A stretch of DNA of 64,000 bases from Azolla caroliniana (lineage: Eukaryota; Plantae; Polypodiophyta): NCBI GenBank assembly GCA_043228905.1, contig JBHGNT010000011.1, positions 18,662,001-18,726,000 on the forward strand. The letters run 5' to 3'. The notes under the pieces were generated by a model, which saw nothing but the letters and a program-made list of their open reading frames with translations, did no database searches and was not told the DNA's origin. This document shows positions 40,901-55,000 of this stretch, one piece after another (position 1 is the stretch's first letter; each line of letters begins with the position of its first letter). The position numbers and the translations under genes were made by a program.

Positions 40901-43154
40901 TCACTAGAAAAATGGTTTCTGCTACTTGGATTTACTTCTCTTGATAATGCCCATTTTTAACATGGATATCTGTTGCCTCCTCTTCCAGAAATAGTGCTTC
41001 TGCTCAGTAAAGCGCTTCGTGTTGCAACTTTGGGTTCTCTGAAGTTTCAAATAGCAGGGACCTCTGAATATGCATCTTATAGAACATGGCCATTTTCTCT
41101 GAGGAGGGATGAATTGGTTAATTGATAGGTCGGGTGAATTTGGATACAGATAAACAGTTGAAAGCAAAGAAAGACCAGAGAGAAGAGCCCCAAGCAAAGT
41201 TCCTTCTCTAGAGGATTCTCCTGTTCCACCCTCCTCTTCTTCTCCTAATATAGGAATTTTCTAGTACATCGACTATAATCGTAGAAGGGAAAGCTTCGCA
41301 ACTTTGGACTCCATTGTTAATAAATCCCATGGTACTTTGGTTTGTAACCAGTACATCTTTCTTTATGACCTGCAGATGTTTCTTCTCTGTTCCAAACATG
41401 TTGCATTTGATCTGTCTTTATTCTCCTATACCGGAGAATGAATAAATGCAGTATTATTTTCATATTTTGTGACATTGCTAGTTGGTAGTGGCATTTGATC
41501 TGGTGTTTTTTCTACCTCAATCACAGGAGATGCATGCACAGGCGATGTAGTTTTATTCAAGCAGAGAGTATATAAGTAAGTTCCGTTGTGGGGAATTGTC
41601 AATTCACTTTAATTCAAATTTGAAATGTCCTAATTCACGAAAATAACAGGAGATCACAAGGAAGTTCTTCTCGGCATCTAGTTGGTGACCGTATTGTAGC
41701 AGGTCGAATAGTGAAGGAAAGTTACGGGACAGACAAACAACAACATACTTTTACAGTGAGCAGACACATTTTTCAATCTTGTAATGCTGTTTTAATTGTT
41801 ATTTTTTTCTGGTTGTAATTTCTTAACAAATTGCTACTTATAAGACTAGGGCTTCTTTCATCAAGGAGAAATTGCAATAAGCTTATGCATTAGTGCATCA
41901 ATAACATCTTTCTTAAAGATAAACCAACTGCATTTACATGAATTATAGTATAAGATATGGGCCCATGTTTGCTAATGCTCTGTAATAATTTATGGGTGAT
42001 CGCCTTGATATCAATCATTCCAAAAATGTACGTGCCTTGTTTGGAAGAACAACTTTACTGAAGTCATGGTCTATGGTAAGGTTTTTTCAGTAATTTATAG
42101 TCAATCAACATGATGCTGGTGTGGTCTGCAATTTTTTCCATGCAACCATGGGTGTTTTTTCTGTCGATTTGTCCTTTTTCATTTAATATAAGTTCTCTTA
42201 TTTTCTGAGGAAGCAATAAAGGATCTTCATGTATAGATTGAAGTCTTGTGGAGCAAAGGTCCAAAACAATTACCTCTTTTGTATCCTCTTATTATTAAAG
42301 GTCGCAATTTGTACCGGCGCAAGACCTTCCGACAGGTGGATTTTGCAAAAAATCTTGCAACCTGCCTTTTTAGTTTACATACGAATGCATCAAGTGACAT
42401 GATGTATTTTGTCAGCCCTGGGCAGATGAAATGGATAGACAGAGAGTATTGGAAGAAAAGCACATGAGGGGTAGGATGGCGAGGGATGCTCGGTTCAAGA
42501 GATTGGCTGGAAAGAGGTAAATTGTAATCTAAAAGAAAAACATTTCATCAAGTGAGCTTAGTTTGTGACAAATTACCAAATATTACAGTGTTAAATTTGG
42601 GTAATCCTTTATGTTGTCTTAAATGTACCTACAAATGAACTCATGATGCAAAATTGGGTAATCCTTTATCTTTTCTTAAATGTACCTACAAATTGTGACA
42701 TGTAGGGATAATGCAAAAACATCTTCCACCAGACAGAGGGTCATGACCACTTCTGACACAAAAGGTTAAAGAATCAGGGATGAGGCTCTATTCTTGAAGA
42801 ATTTATATATTAGATCCTGAATTCTGTCGTTTTTCTTTATATATAATTTCAGGAAAGGGAAAAAATGTTTCTCGAGCTACCCATGCCACTAAGTACACTG
42901 CAAATGCTAAAGAGTGCTTGTTGAATATTACTGCTTCCTCAGCCGGAACAGTGATAGGAAAACATGGAAGAAATATCATAGCAATTTCAACGACGTCTGG
43001 TGCTAGGGTTGATGTTTGTAATGATGGATCAAATCCAACAATGAGAATTGTTAAGGTCATTGGATTACCTGAACAGATAAAAATAGCCACCAAAATGGTT
43101 AGACAAAGGATTGTGGAAAGAGGTTTCCCCAGTCCTACCTTAAGGACAAACTGA
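37977..43154 (+). CDS. SAP-domain protein of the C3H62/At5g66840-like family with an acidic N-terminus and a C-terminal KH domain; exons 37977-38344, 38453-38505, 38572-(end uncertain), 39588-39627, 39803-39906, 39993-40110, 40266-40327, 41527-41575, 41650-41755, 42237-42335, 42416-42516, 42706-42764, 42853-43154
   Basis: SAP domain: LEQLMVEQCKAYLRRYSLRLTGSKSMLIQRIQEHL. Family core: KYPRSTFTINCTGDACTGDVVLFKQRVY..VAGRIVKESYGTDKQQHTFTIEVLWSKG..LIIKGRNLYRRKTFRQPWADEMDRQRVLEEKHMRG. KH domain: ITASSAGTVIGKHGRNIIAISTTSGARVDV...VIGLPEQIKIATKMVRQRI. Phases are consistent from 39588 to the stop. Confidence 0.85.
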
Positions 43155-45608
43155 AAGCGTGGCTTTTGCTGATGGATTGCCGAATTAACACAAGGCAAAC
43201 CTTAAAAGTGTAAGCGCTATTTTCTATCTATATCCTAAAGAATTGAGCAATTTGTAAATATTATGTGGGATGGAGAAGACAAATTGAAATTTGTAAGCAA
43301 AATGTGGAGAAGACAATTCAAGATTTTCAAAGGTGGTTATAAAGATAAAGTTGAGATAAATTTTGCAAGTATTATCTCTTGAAAGGATTCAAAGTTCTTT
43401 CTTCTACCTTGTTATGCAATGCATAATATGCCTTACAAATCTCTCTCTATATTTCTTTTCATTTGTTGATGGCATAAACCGTAACGTATTTATGTTTATG
43501 TATTCTTGTATGTGTGTTTAGTTGTTAGCTGTATGTATGCATGTTCAGACATATGTATGTACATTTAGATGAGACAGAAAAGAGGGATTTTAACTTCGTA
43601 ATTTTGAATGTTTGATTTTATGACATGAAGTTTAGCATTGCCTCTTGCTTGTTACTTTGTGATCACAAGAATGACTGGAGTATAAGAAAAAGAAGAGTTT
43701 GTGGGCTAAAAGAAGTTTAAAAACATGTTCAATCACAAGCACACTTCTTTTGTGATGAATTTGGATCCATGGGTTTTAATCTATTAATAAGAAATGTGAC
43801 AGTGAGGAATGGATAAATGATAGATAGCTTTATGATCATTACTTATGAGACAGGTTTAGGGTTTAGAAAATTGACGGGTACCCTCACCTTCAAGACACTG
43901 TTGATTGGAGGGCTACATTTGATGGAGTTGAAGACCCTTGGGTCACACTTCACGAAGTATGTAGACAAAGATGGTCAACATTAATGCCTCATATCCTACT
44001 CGAGAACATCTAGATACTAGTAAATTATCAGTACAATTATAGCCAATGTATGATTACAACTAGCCCCTAAATGATTTACTTCCCTACACCCAAGGGAAGC
44101 AAGCAAGAGATATATATACATGTGAGGCTACCAAATAAAAGGAATACAATACCTCAATCCCTTCAAAATATGCTTAATATATTACCTACCACATCTCACT
44201 CAAACACCAAAAGATAAACGATAAAACTCGAGAAAATACCCAAACACAAGCAATCATATGAGGCTATTAATAAATAGCCGATGGTTGAAGGTGCCTATAT
44301 ACACATAACTTACACAGCACAAATGCAAATAAATTGTTTTGAGGTATAGACATGCGACTCTTCAGGAATTATACACATGGATTATACATACAGCAAATAG
44401 GATAAATACATGGATTCCATTAATGTTACATTCGGAAATGTATATATACATCAATCAAAATGGCCTGCCCATTAACACAGCTGTAGAAGACGATGGCCAA
44501 CTTTCGCAAAACTCAGTTCAAAAGGAGATGCACTTGCTGCAAATTTTGAACCTGTGAAAAAAGGCAAACACATCATAAAGATGTGCAATGTATTAAGGAA
44601 TCAATATTGAGGAAATCATTCCTCAATATTTAACATCATACAACATGCAAAATCAATGATCATCACATTGGAAACAATATGAGTAAGAACATATGAAATA
44701 AGGCGTTCATTTATCATTTGCTTGGAATGCCTCTCATTAATGCTTGTACCACTGTATATTAGAGACTATGAAAGGAGGTTTTATCATCTGAAACCCTCAA
44801 AGAGATCTCTAATAACATAACTCCGAGTTTAATACCACAAAATTGTGTGCGCCTAATGTAGTCAGGAACTGCAGAGTTGAAACGTGGAAATCCACTCATA
44901 GGCAATTCATTGACGATATACACAACTAAATAGAAGGATGAAGTGGACCAGGAACAAGGATGATACTCATTGTGGTACAAATAAGATTTTGTACAGAAGT
45001 AATTGACTAAGAGTTTTGGCAGAGCTGTATAGATTATTTCAGACTAGCAAAAAATGACTAAACCTCAGGCTTGGCATGAAGGCATGTATATGCAAAGCCC
45101 CTCCCAGGAAACTTTATATAGGGTATCTAAATACACAGAGAGATTGGAAGGTTCAGAAGCATGCCTGGAGAGACTCCCAATCATAAAGATAGATATTACA
45201 TATATTTGATGACTGCTCATTGCTAAATCTCCAGACTAATGCATCTATGTTTATCGCGTCTTTTGTGATAGCTCTACAACTGTGGCGCATCAGATTTGAT
45301 ATTTTGGAAATTATTAATGGATCTACACAAGATCCACGGATTGAGGACCCTGTTACACAATAAAAATGAACCAGCAAAGATTGTGAGCTCAAACAAAGGT
45401 CATCTTTAAACCCCTCAATGACATCCTGGGAAGATTTCTATTAAGTAGAAATTGCATAATTGATTATGTGGCAATCTTAAACCCCTCCTGACATTCAACA
45501 ACACAATTTCCAAATTTGACATGCCAAATCATAACACAAGCAGATATTATTCATCTTTTCGTCCCAACCAGAAACAATAAAATAACATTAAATTTTGCTC
45601 CTGAACCC

Positions 45609-45913
45609 GTGAAGGCAACTCCATCCACGCTGAAAAGAATCAACTCCAACGCCTTCCATGTGAATAGGCAAAACACTGCTATCTAGACATTCCAATTCAT
45701 CTGAAATTACCGAAGCCACAGAACATCCTGACGTGTCAATGGCATTTTTTGACATCGTGATGTGAAAGCAACTCCATCCACGCTGAAAAGAATCAACTCC
45801 AACTCCTTCCATGTGAATAGGCAAAAAACTTCTATCTAGCCTTTCAAATTCATCTGAAATTACCGAAGCCACAGAACATCCCCACGTGTCAACGGCACTT
45901 TTTGACGTCGTGA
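45609..45913. repeat. Tandem duplication, 153 bp x2, open on the minus strand (51-aa repeat)
   Basis: Copies start at 45609 and 45762. The minus frame gives VASVISDE(F/L)E.LD.S.LPIHMEGVGVDSFQRGWSC twice. Confidence 0.95.
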
Positions 45914-47384
45914 CATTATCACAACTTTTTCCAGCATCATAATGATCAACGAGAACAGTTCAGCCTAATATCGAAGTTTCTGGCAATACATTCAACAATG
46001 GCGACATTGCTGACACCATCCTGGCCAAATAGAACATCATCTCTATCACATCTACCTCATTGCCAGGTCATGCTAATCTGAGCTCATATATCGTCCAATG
46101 ACTGCCCCCACAAACCCATTCTTGTTATCACTACCCCTGAGTAATCATCTACCACTACATCTTCAAATTTTAAAAAAAATTAAAAAAATGCAATTATTCT
46201 TTGCAATAGTTCTCATGCCACATCCTCCACCTTGGTCACCCAATCTCAGTCCAAATTCTAACCTATCGTCATATTCCATTCTAATGATCCAATGGAAGCT
46301 CAATACAACACCGACAAATCGCTGATGAAAGTGAGCATTTCTAAATCTACAGAGTGCATAAGTTAACTGATGATTTTCAAGGCTTCAAATCAGATCCATG
46401 TGTATTCAATGCATCAACTAAAGCTCAGTCTCTCATGAGAGATAGTGTGATGGGACATGCTCAAATGGGTGATTTCTGATTTTTCAAGGATTCTGTGTCC
46501 TATGATCAGATACCAATTATAAGATGTAAAATCTTAGGATCCCAAGGTACAATTGAAAATATTTTCTTATCCAAGATGAAGTAGGTTATTGCATGGTACG
46601 TCATGCCTACAAATCACAGGAATTGTAATATGATGCAAGGGGTTCAATTCAATACAAACTAAAACACCATGCCAATTCATGACATTATGTTATAATTGAG
46701 GCTATAGAGAAAGGACAGAATACCTGTGACATAATTACTTTTGTAACCAATCTTGAATTGCTGTTCTATTCTTGCACAACCAATTGAGCTTTTACATCCA
46801 CAAGCCTGTAAAATTTTCAACCTTCTTTGTTGCAACTCTGAATTTGTCAAAGTGCTCTCTACTGTATTTAACCCTGCAAGATATCAAAACATAAAACAAT
46901 GAAATAATATGACCAAAAACAAACTTCCTTTTACAGATCTAACTCTAATATCTAAGACACTATATGAAAAGACCTAACATAAAATATTTAAAAACGATTT
47001 GTAGTATATCTATCATGAAATCAGCTCTTTCACCTTTAGCTCAGATATAATTGACAGATGTACTGCTCTATGATATCTAGAATTTCCAGACTGAAATATG
47101 TTGTTGATCAGTTAGTGTTGCTGTCCTACTTACACTTCCAACATCTACAAAAAACTAGAGACTTGTAGTACTTCTGAAAATGACCATTAAGGAGAACAAA
47201 ACAATAGACATAAACCCATTGAATCAGTATTTTGGGCAAACCCTCTAGGGTTTGTTTGGACTCGGTAGTACATTTGCAGGCTCAATGGATCCACAATTAT
47301 CATGATTCTTCAATGTGTATAGCAATAATAATAATAATCAAGAGACGTAAAAAAGTTAAAAAGATAACATACATTAGCCTCTTT

Positions 47385-47620
47385 TAAGAGGCCAAAATGG
47401 TTTATGGGACCTAACAAGAGATTACATCTTAAAACGTTGTCTTGTGCACTAAGAATTCTAAACTTAGATGAACTGAAACTTCAGCATTTAAAATATTGCC
47501 AACATGGGCTAGCCCAAGACAAAGGGGTCTCCAAAGCAAGGGAAACACCTTTAGCGTGGGTAACAATGGCCTTAACCTATTAATAACAGCGGTGACAGGG
47601 TCAAACTCTCGATAGATGTG
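47385..47620. mobile_element. Dispersed repeat copy homologous to about 858-1165 (NRPC1 intron)
   Basis: Both loci share GAGGCCAA.ATGG..TAT..GACC.AACAAGAGATTACATCTTAAAA..TTGTCTTGT and GTGGG..ACAATGGCCTT. Confidence 0.6.
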
Positions 47621-48239
47621 GCTTACATGCATGAAAAATTGTTATTGCTTTGATCTATTATATTGCTATCACCATATCCTTAACGACCGAACCTATGGCT
47701 AATTTTAATTGGTTAATGGTACAATAGTTGGGAACCCAACTAGCATAGGAACTGGGACAAAACCATACAAACCTATGAAACGTGGAGGTCTAGGAGCCTT
47801 CAGTGTTTGTCTATGTAAAGGAGACTCACTACCCCCATCATTACTGCATCTTGAGACACTATTGAGACTCAATTGGTGAGAGTAAGTTCTTTTATTCGGA
47901 TCTGTTATTCAACTACAAAGGTATAATATATGGTAACATTTGGTGGTAGGGGACACCAATCATTTTATGTTTACCTCATATCCTTTGCTTGGGAGTCGTC
48001 AGTGTGGGTAAGCACCCTTAATCCTTTTTTTCTTAGCCTTTTTTATTTTGCTTATCATTAGTTAGATCTGTAATATAAAATCCCGTTTGAGTGTTGTGAC
48101 CAAGACTCTACTTGTGTAGCACTTGATTGACTTATAGCATGAGAAGGAATGGAGATAACAAAATTGTGATGTTCTTTGTTGATGATTTGTTATATTGTTA
48201 GCCCTCAACTTTTCTGTCCCTTGAGTTATAGCAAGAACT

Positions 48240-48780
48240 ATGCCAAGCATCATTGGTTTTCATCTACCATTGCCAACCCCTTGTTCGAGGAGACAATGGT
48301 ATCTCCTTGACAACCTTTGCCAAGGTCTCCTAAACATCAATAAAGAACCTACCTCACCAAGAGGTCTACCCAAGCGTGAGTTCTCCATTGAGTTAAAACC
48401 AGGCAGCTTGACCACCCAACTTTCCATGCAAGGCACGTCAGCTTTGAAGATGTGTTGGGTGGTAAGGAGTGGCACCTCCAAGTACAAAGTGTACTGGTCA
48501 TCTTGGCCACACAAGCGCTCCAAAAACACGAATTAATACCCATCACGGTCATTTGCCTCGAAGTGATATTTAGATTTTATGCGCTGCAAAGTCGCAAAGA
48601 AGCTCTTGTACAGCCAAGTCTGCAGTGCAAGAAGACCTCCATTGCCTCCTCGATCACTATTAGGACTGCTACCATTTCTGCCTGGATTATATCATGATGC
48701 ATTGAAGCTTTGCTCCTTATAATGCCAACAATAATCAAGATTAATGATATGTCCAAATCTCTCCAGTTATGTGCCCTCTG
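48240..48780 (-). mobile_element. Degenerate LINE (RTE-like) remnant
   Basis: The minus-strand fragment IRSKASMHHDIIQAEMVAVLIVIEEA resembles the post-RT region of plant RTE-type LINEs as I recall it. It is heavily decayed. Confidence 0.4.
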
Positions 48781-49012
48781 AAGGCTAAAACCCAAGTTTC
48801 CACTCCGTAGAGAGAAATCAGTGTATCAAAGAACCACAATTTAGTTCATGGTTATTTCTTGCTGACCAGTTACTGATTGTTTTTTCTGTCATTGTGCTCA
48901 TCCTATGTCGCATCATGAGAATTTGATCTGCACCATCATTTCTTCCACCTACTGATGCATAGTTTCCATTTGTGATCACCTATTGTTCACAACATTTTGC
49001 CTTCTGCAGCAT

Positions 49013-52000
49013 TTAGACCTTGTGTTGCCTGGCCTGGCGTACCACAGTATCAGCAATCTTCACTTGAAATTTGCAAATCTTGTCCACTGCCACTTTTGCT
49101 TCCCTTGCCTCTTGAGTTATCTTGGCCTCTCGAATATATCTTGGAATGCAATTTGTATCTCTGCAGATACCTGAATAATAGACAAGGGGCAGTATGCAAC
49201 CACCATCCTATATAGAATGTCATAGTTTGAGATACAGTAACTAGAGTTTTTCAGAACCCAAGGCTATTACTCTACAATTAGCTAGAGTGATATTAGCATG
49301 AAAGATCTCGCCCTTTAACCCTGGAACTTCACACCAGTCCTTAATACTATCCCACACTTCAATGGGATTTTTCGTTATTGAAAATGAAATCATGAGAAAA
49401 AAATAAAAAACGCGTGATGTCGCATGTAAAAAACATACTGCAATGGAATAGAGACATGTATGAATATATAACACATCATAGCATCAGTACGGGAGCTACA
49501 ACAGTACAAACTTTGAAGGTGCAACAAAAGAGTTAACATCTGCATTGGAAGTTATACACTATATGGGGCAGAAAGACAAATAGCAAAGTAGTTATACACT
49601 ATATGGCATCAATGGAGAACTATCTCCTCGTGGATTCTTATTTGTTATGTAATTATACACAGAATACGTTCCCCACCTCAGTCTCATATAATACCCTATC
49701 CCCTACTCTCATCACCATGCCTCCTTTCATGTCTTCATTATCTCCTTTCTTGTTCCGCAGGTCTAGTAGCACACAAAAAGAGCAATACAGAATCACTGGA
49801 GAAATAAGAACCAATGTATTCAACACCCAGCTGATGGCGAATATAATCTCATAGAATGTTTCTCCGTACCTACTCACATTATCTATTCTTATTTCTACCC
49901 TAATAATTTTTCTTGAATATGCACAATACATATTAGTTTAGTCCAGATATATAGGTTTCTATTCTCTGGGAAAGTAATTTCTATGGTGGAAAATTTTCTC
50001 TGGGAAAATATAAGCTCCCAAGATCTCCTAGTAGTCTACAATATTACCTTGATTTAGCTTTGTCAATGCCACTTGAGCTGCAGAAAATTCTGCGTCTTTC
50101 TTTGAGGAAAAAAGGCGTCCAGAGAATGTTGTTCCAGCCACCTTCACAGTTCCAAGGTAGGCAGTAGCATTGAGAAAACTAAAAGACGTGGCAGAATACA
50201 CAGGTGCTGGTAATTTGGCCGCTTGAGTGAATTGAAATAATTCAGCTTTCATAAACCCAGGTATAGGATTTCCCAAGAGTTCACAAGATTCCAAAACCTA
50301 AATGAAAGAAAAACTCACCTTTTTGAAAAAATCAAGTAAAATGCAATGCTAAAAGAGAACATCCTAGCATTGAGGAAGAGCGCAGGCACACAGAGATTAC
50401 ATTTAACTCATATAGGCCGGCAGTCTTTTATTTTCCTCTATAGATTTAAATAATGAATGATTCTTCTCCTCATAAAATTTGGTTAAGAGCAGAAGGTTCA
50501 ACAACCTTTTCATAACAAGTTTTCATGGCTTGCTATGCCAATCATCAACTGGATAACAACCACTTTGTCATCCCAATTTAAGCATGTAATGACAGAGTAT
50601 TTCTGTTTGGCCTTATATTATAACTAATACTCATAATTCACTCAATTAATACATACATACATTGACACAAATAAGTTATTAACTCCCACTCACTAGATCC
50701 TCATGGGAATGTACCACGCTGTAATGTCCTGAGCTTCTTTTGGCATCACCTTTACCACAATGATCATCCAATTCTTCCTTGAGTCTGGAGACAACTTTAA
50801 AAGACATCTGACGAACAAGGTAATTCAGTACTAAATATAAGGCTTGCTTCAACATGAAGATTTCTGTTGTTGTGAACTAACCATGTATTTTTTCAAATCC
50901 GTTATTTTGGGTGAAGCCGGTGCCTCATTTAATGCTATTGAATTGTATATGGGCAAAAGAACTGCAGCATCTAATGCTGCATAGTGCAGCTGCTTTGTCA
51001 AAGAATACATTACTTTAGCTCAAAAGGAATGGTCATCCTCCAAAAAGAAATTCAGTTTTTACCTGCTTTTTGCTCAATGGGCGACATTCCCAATCACTCA
51101 TTCGTGTCTGCTTGTTCAAACAATTCCCCAGCACACTCTGAGGTAGCATAAGAGATTATATGAGAGAAATAAGAAACTTGGGAATGACTGAATTTGCAAT
51201 CATATACTAAGAAATTATAAATAAATCTAATAAGAATAATGTTAAAAACCAAAAATGGTTTGCCAATCTACAAAACAGATATTCTCGTGATATATTCTTA
51301 ACCATTTACTTCACTAAAGTTCGTATACATAAATATACACATATATTTACACATACATATAAGCATACTTTCGTTCTACGTAATCATTTACTAAAACCAT
51401 GCATGCAATGCATGTATATTTACCCTTCATTTCACGATTCTCTATGTATATTCATTATCCCAAATTGAACCCTTTTAAAACAGTAATTTGGACACAATCT
51501 ATTCAGTTGTCGAGATGCATTGTGCTTAAACGGGGTACATAAAATGCAAATTCTTTAAATTGAAAAAATTTTACCATTGAAGAAGAAAATCATCGGAACT
51601 TTGAAACTTTCCTATAGCAATACATTATTACCTTGGCAAGTCCGGAGAGACCGCCCTTATTCATTTCTTTATCGAACACTCTTTGTAAATCCAAAACAGA
51701 CTCACAAATTCGAAAAGCTTCTACTTCTTTGTAGGAATGCATAAGCCTTTCAAAATCATTGTGGATGGCATAACCTAAAGAAAACTCAAAGATGAATCAA
51801 TTTTTTCATTGCACAATAAAACCTAGAAATAAAGCTGCACATCTATTTTAAAGAAAATGAGCTTACCAAGCTTCAATATGGCTGGGGTATGAAATAAAGC
51901 TTGTACAAAACCATTCAAAGTACTTCGATGTTTCTTGGAAAGAATGAGTAAATCAAATATGAATACAGATTCAGAAGATGCCACCTGTAATATTGAGACC

Positions 52001-55000
52001 TGAAAATGTAACCATCATACCAAACAATTTGAGAACTCCTTTATATCATCAGAACACATCAATAGAAATCTAGAAAAAAAGTGCAGTTTAGATGCATAAA
52101 GCATGTTTCAAACACTTAATTGACATCAATGCATTTGCTTAAAGCCAATCAACCATCTCAACCTTCATTGGCATAGACAATAACATCAATCTACCTACTT
52201 CTCCACATAGGTAATTGCAATTACATTGCCAATTATTTACTTTAGTTGTCGATCAATGCAAAGTATTCATCAATATATCTAGCTTAAGCAGGGTACACAA
52301 CCACGAGAGTAGAAAAACCAAAACAAGTATGATCAGAAAACAGCAAAGCAAAGCCATTAATGATGAGATTACACTGCTGTATCTTTGCATTGTAACTCAA
52401 TTAAGAATATATTCAGAAAACGATCCATATGTGAAGCTTTATCATCATGCTGTTTTTACACTCAATGACATTGGAGAAAAAGTTCAGTGATATACATTAT
52501 GCTAAAACTCATTAACTCATTAACATAGTTGCTAGAATCATTGTCTCGTAGCCCAGCAATGGATATTCTAAAAAAGAGCAACTCCAAAATTGCAATTGCC
52601 TGTTTTTTTGTGCTAGTTAGACATTAAATTTAAAGAAGCATATCCTAGGACGTTTCAATCAAGGATTTTCTTTTATTGAAAAGTTGTAAAATACTGAGGA
52701 AAATGGCCTCTGAATGCTAAGAATGTTTCGAGGGCATCATGCAAAAAATCGAGTTTTCTAGGATATTGATTGAAGTTCTTTTCATTATTTTTCCCAGATA
52801 AGTACAGGTAGAAGGGGATGTAGGAATTTGTTTAATATTTCCAATCAAGTTCACCAGGCTAGCCCCTGTAATTACTGTGTCTTTTTAGTGTAAAGAACAT
52901 GAGTCACTTCTTGATGAACAAGGCACTACAGTTCAAGACATAAGAATTTGATGATAATTTGTAGCATAATTGGAAGGTAATAGATCTAATAACAGCATTC
53001 CAACATTTGTTAAGACAATAGAATTTTACTGCCTTGCTATAGGTTACCTCAGTAACTAGGGATGAGATAAGAGTCTTTTTCTGTAAGCAAATTGAGTTTA
53101 ATTGGGCTCGGAAAGCAGCCATGGCTTGCTGGGTGTAATGCGTTGATGTCCGTAAGAGACAAAAAGGGCCTCTGTGACCCAACTAGCAACATTATCTCAA
53201 TGAACAAAATGAGTTGATTAAACTACTCAAAGACTACCTGCTGAACGTATGAATCCATTGAGGAAAGAGAGACAATGCAATTTTTCGTGTTCCCTTTGAT
53301 TCTTTTCTTTAATAACCTACTTAGAACCTCCATTCCATAAAAGGCAATATCACTTTCAATTGATAAGTAAAGTTAACCTTATTTGGTCCTACTCCTTTGG
53401 TTCTGTTTGCTTTCCATTCACAATCAATTCCCACCATTTTAACACCAATCAATTGCCTCTCAGCTAAATGCAATCCTTCACTGTCATCTATCCAGTAAAC
53501 TTTCTCCTCAGGCACAAAATGTTGCAATTCCAGGTAACATTTCTTTCCATTCTTCTTTTTGAGATCTGCATCAAAAGCATCCTTAATAAAACAAAACGAT
53601 ATGTTCTTGTGTATTTAATTGTTTTCACTGGTTGAAACAAAGACCTGGTAAAACCAAAGCTTCGTCAAGATGGAAACGCTCACAAAGCTCCGTGATCTTT
53701 TCCACATCATTATCCTCTAGAGCGAGATTCAACTACAAAAAAAAAGTAAGTCTACAGTTTATATCATAAACATCAGGCAAGATATTGTTGATAACAAATT
53801 TCAATTGTCCTTTTTTATACAATCTTTAGGCATGCATAAAAAAAACTATTTGCACAGCATGTTCTTTAAAAGCAATACACACCAAATAATCAACTAGCTG
53901 AGGGTCTTCTTCTGCAATTGACTCTGCAACATCCCACAGACCTTTATTTACAAGCTTGCGAAGGGTACTGTAATGTAAATAGCAGTACAATAAAGGTTAA
54001 CTCCTGAGATGTTAAAATTATTATCATATATATCATTCACGAATCAATCTAGTACCAGAGTATCCTAAACCTTAAACCATTACGTTTCTGGAATGCAAAT
54101 CAGCATTTACAATTACAGAGGTCAATACCTTTGCCTGTAAAGGTAATATACACCTGGAAAATCTTGTTCTAGGTTGTATTGGTGTGCTGTCCTGTAGGCA
54201 ACCTTGAACAAGCCAGTTTCAATGCAATGACCAACTAGAAATTTCAACATCTCTTTACCGAGATGAGCAGCCCACTCAACAGCCAAGCTTGTTTGGCCAT
54301 CATCAGCTATTGCAGCAACTAATACTTCGTAATCATTCCTCTGCAGATTGAAGCTTTTGAGCAATGATACAGCACTAGTATAGGAGCGATCCTTCAAGAG
54401 ACGGAGAACATAATCATCCAAAATCTCTTTTGCCCTTTTTGTCCTTGCATCCTCATCGCTGCATTGTTCAAGGTCCAACACTCCTCCAATATCCTTTAGC
54501 TCAATACTGAAAAGAGCTGGAAGTTTGACAACAATACGTGATTCCATCTGCACTTCCCCAGTTATTGCATCAGAAAATAGAGATGCTGCCAGTGTGCGTG
54601 CTACCAATGCATCACCAATGGGCCACTTCGACCTGTCCGACTTCGAAAGAGCAGATATTAGCAAATGGCTCAGCCCTTCATCATGGGGTGACCTCACATG
54701 AAGCAAAGCTCGTAGACACTTCACCACAAAAGTCGCCGGTCCAGGGGGTGGAGCACTAGGTAAAGATTGCACCAGTTGGTGCCGGAGAGTCACGAACTTA
54801 GAACCCGACTTACCACCGATCCCTGCATGCACGTTTCCAGCAGCCATTGGGACAAGGGCAAGAAACTTTCATAAAGCAAAGGCGTGCGCGTGTGTGCTCA
54901 GGTGTGAGTGTACACCATGTACTCATTCGGGTCAAATTCTAATCTTTTGAGGTGGAACGCAAAGGCGATCGGTGATGGCAGAAGGCAGGCAGACTACTTA

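Noticed and set aside
45063-45164. GC donor at 45164 joining to an acceptor at 45126
   Set aside because: The implied intron is only 38 nt, too short to be plausible.
54823-54847. ATG 54847 as the exonuclease start
   Set aside because: It lies in an intron. The upstream exon 55104-55002 carries the conserved N-terminal motif and splices to 54822.
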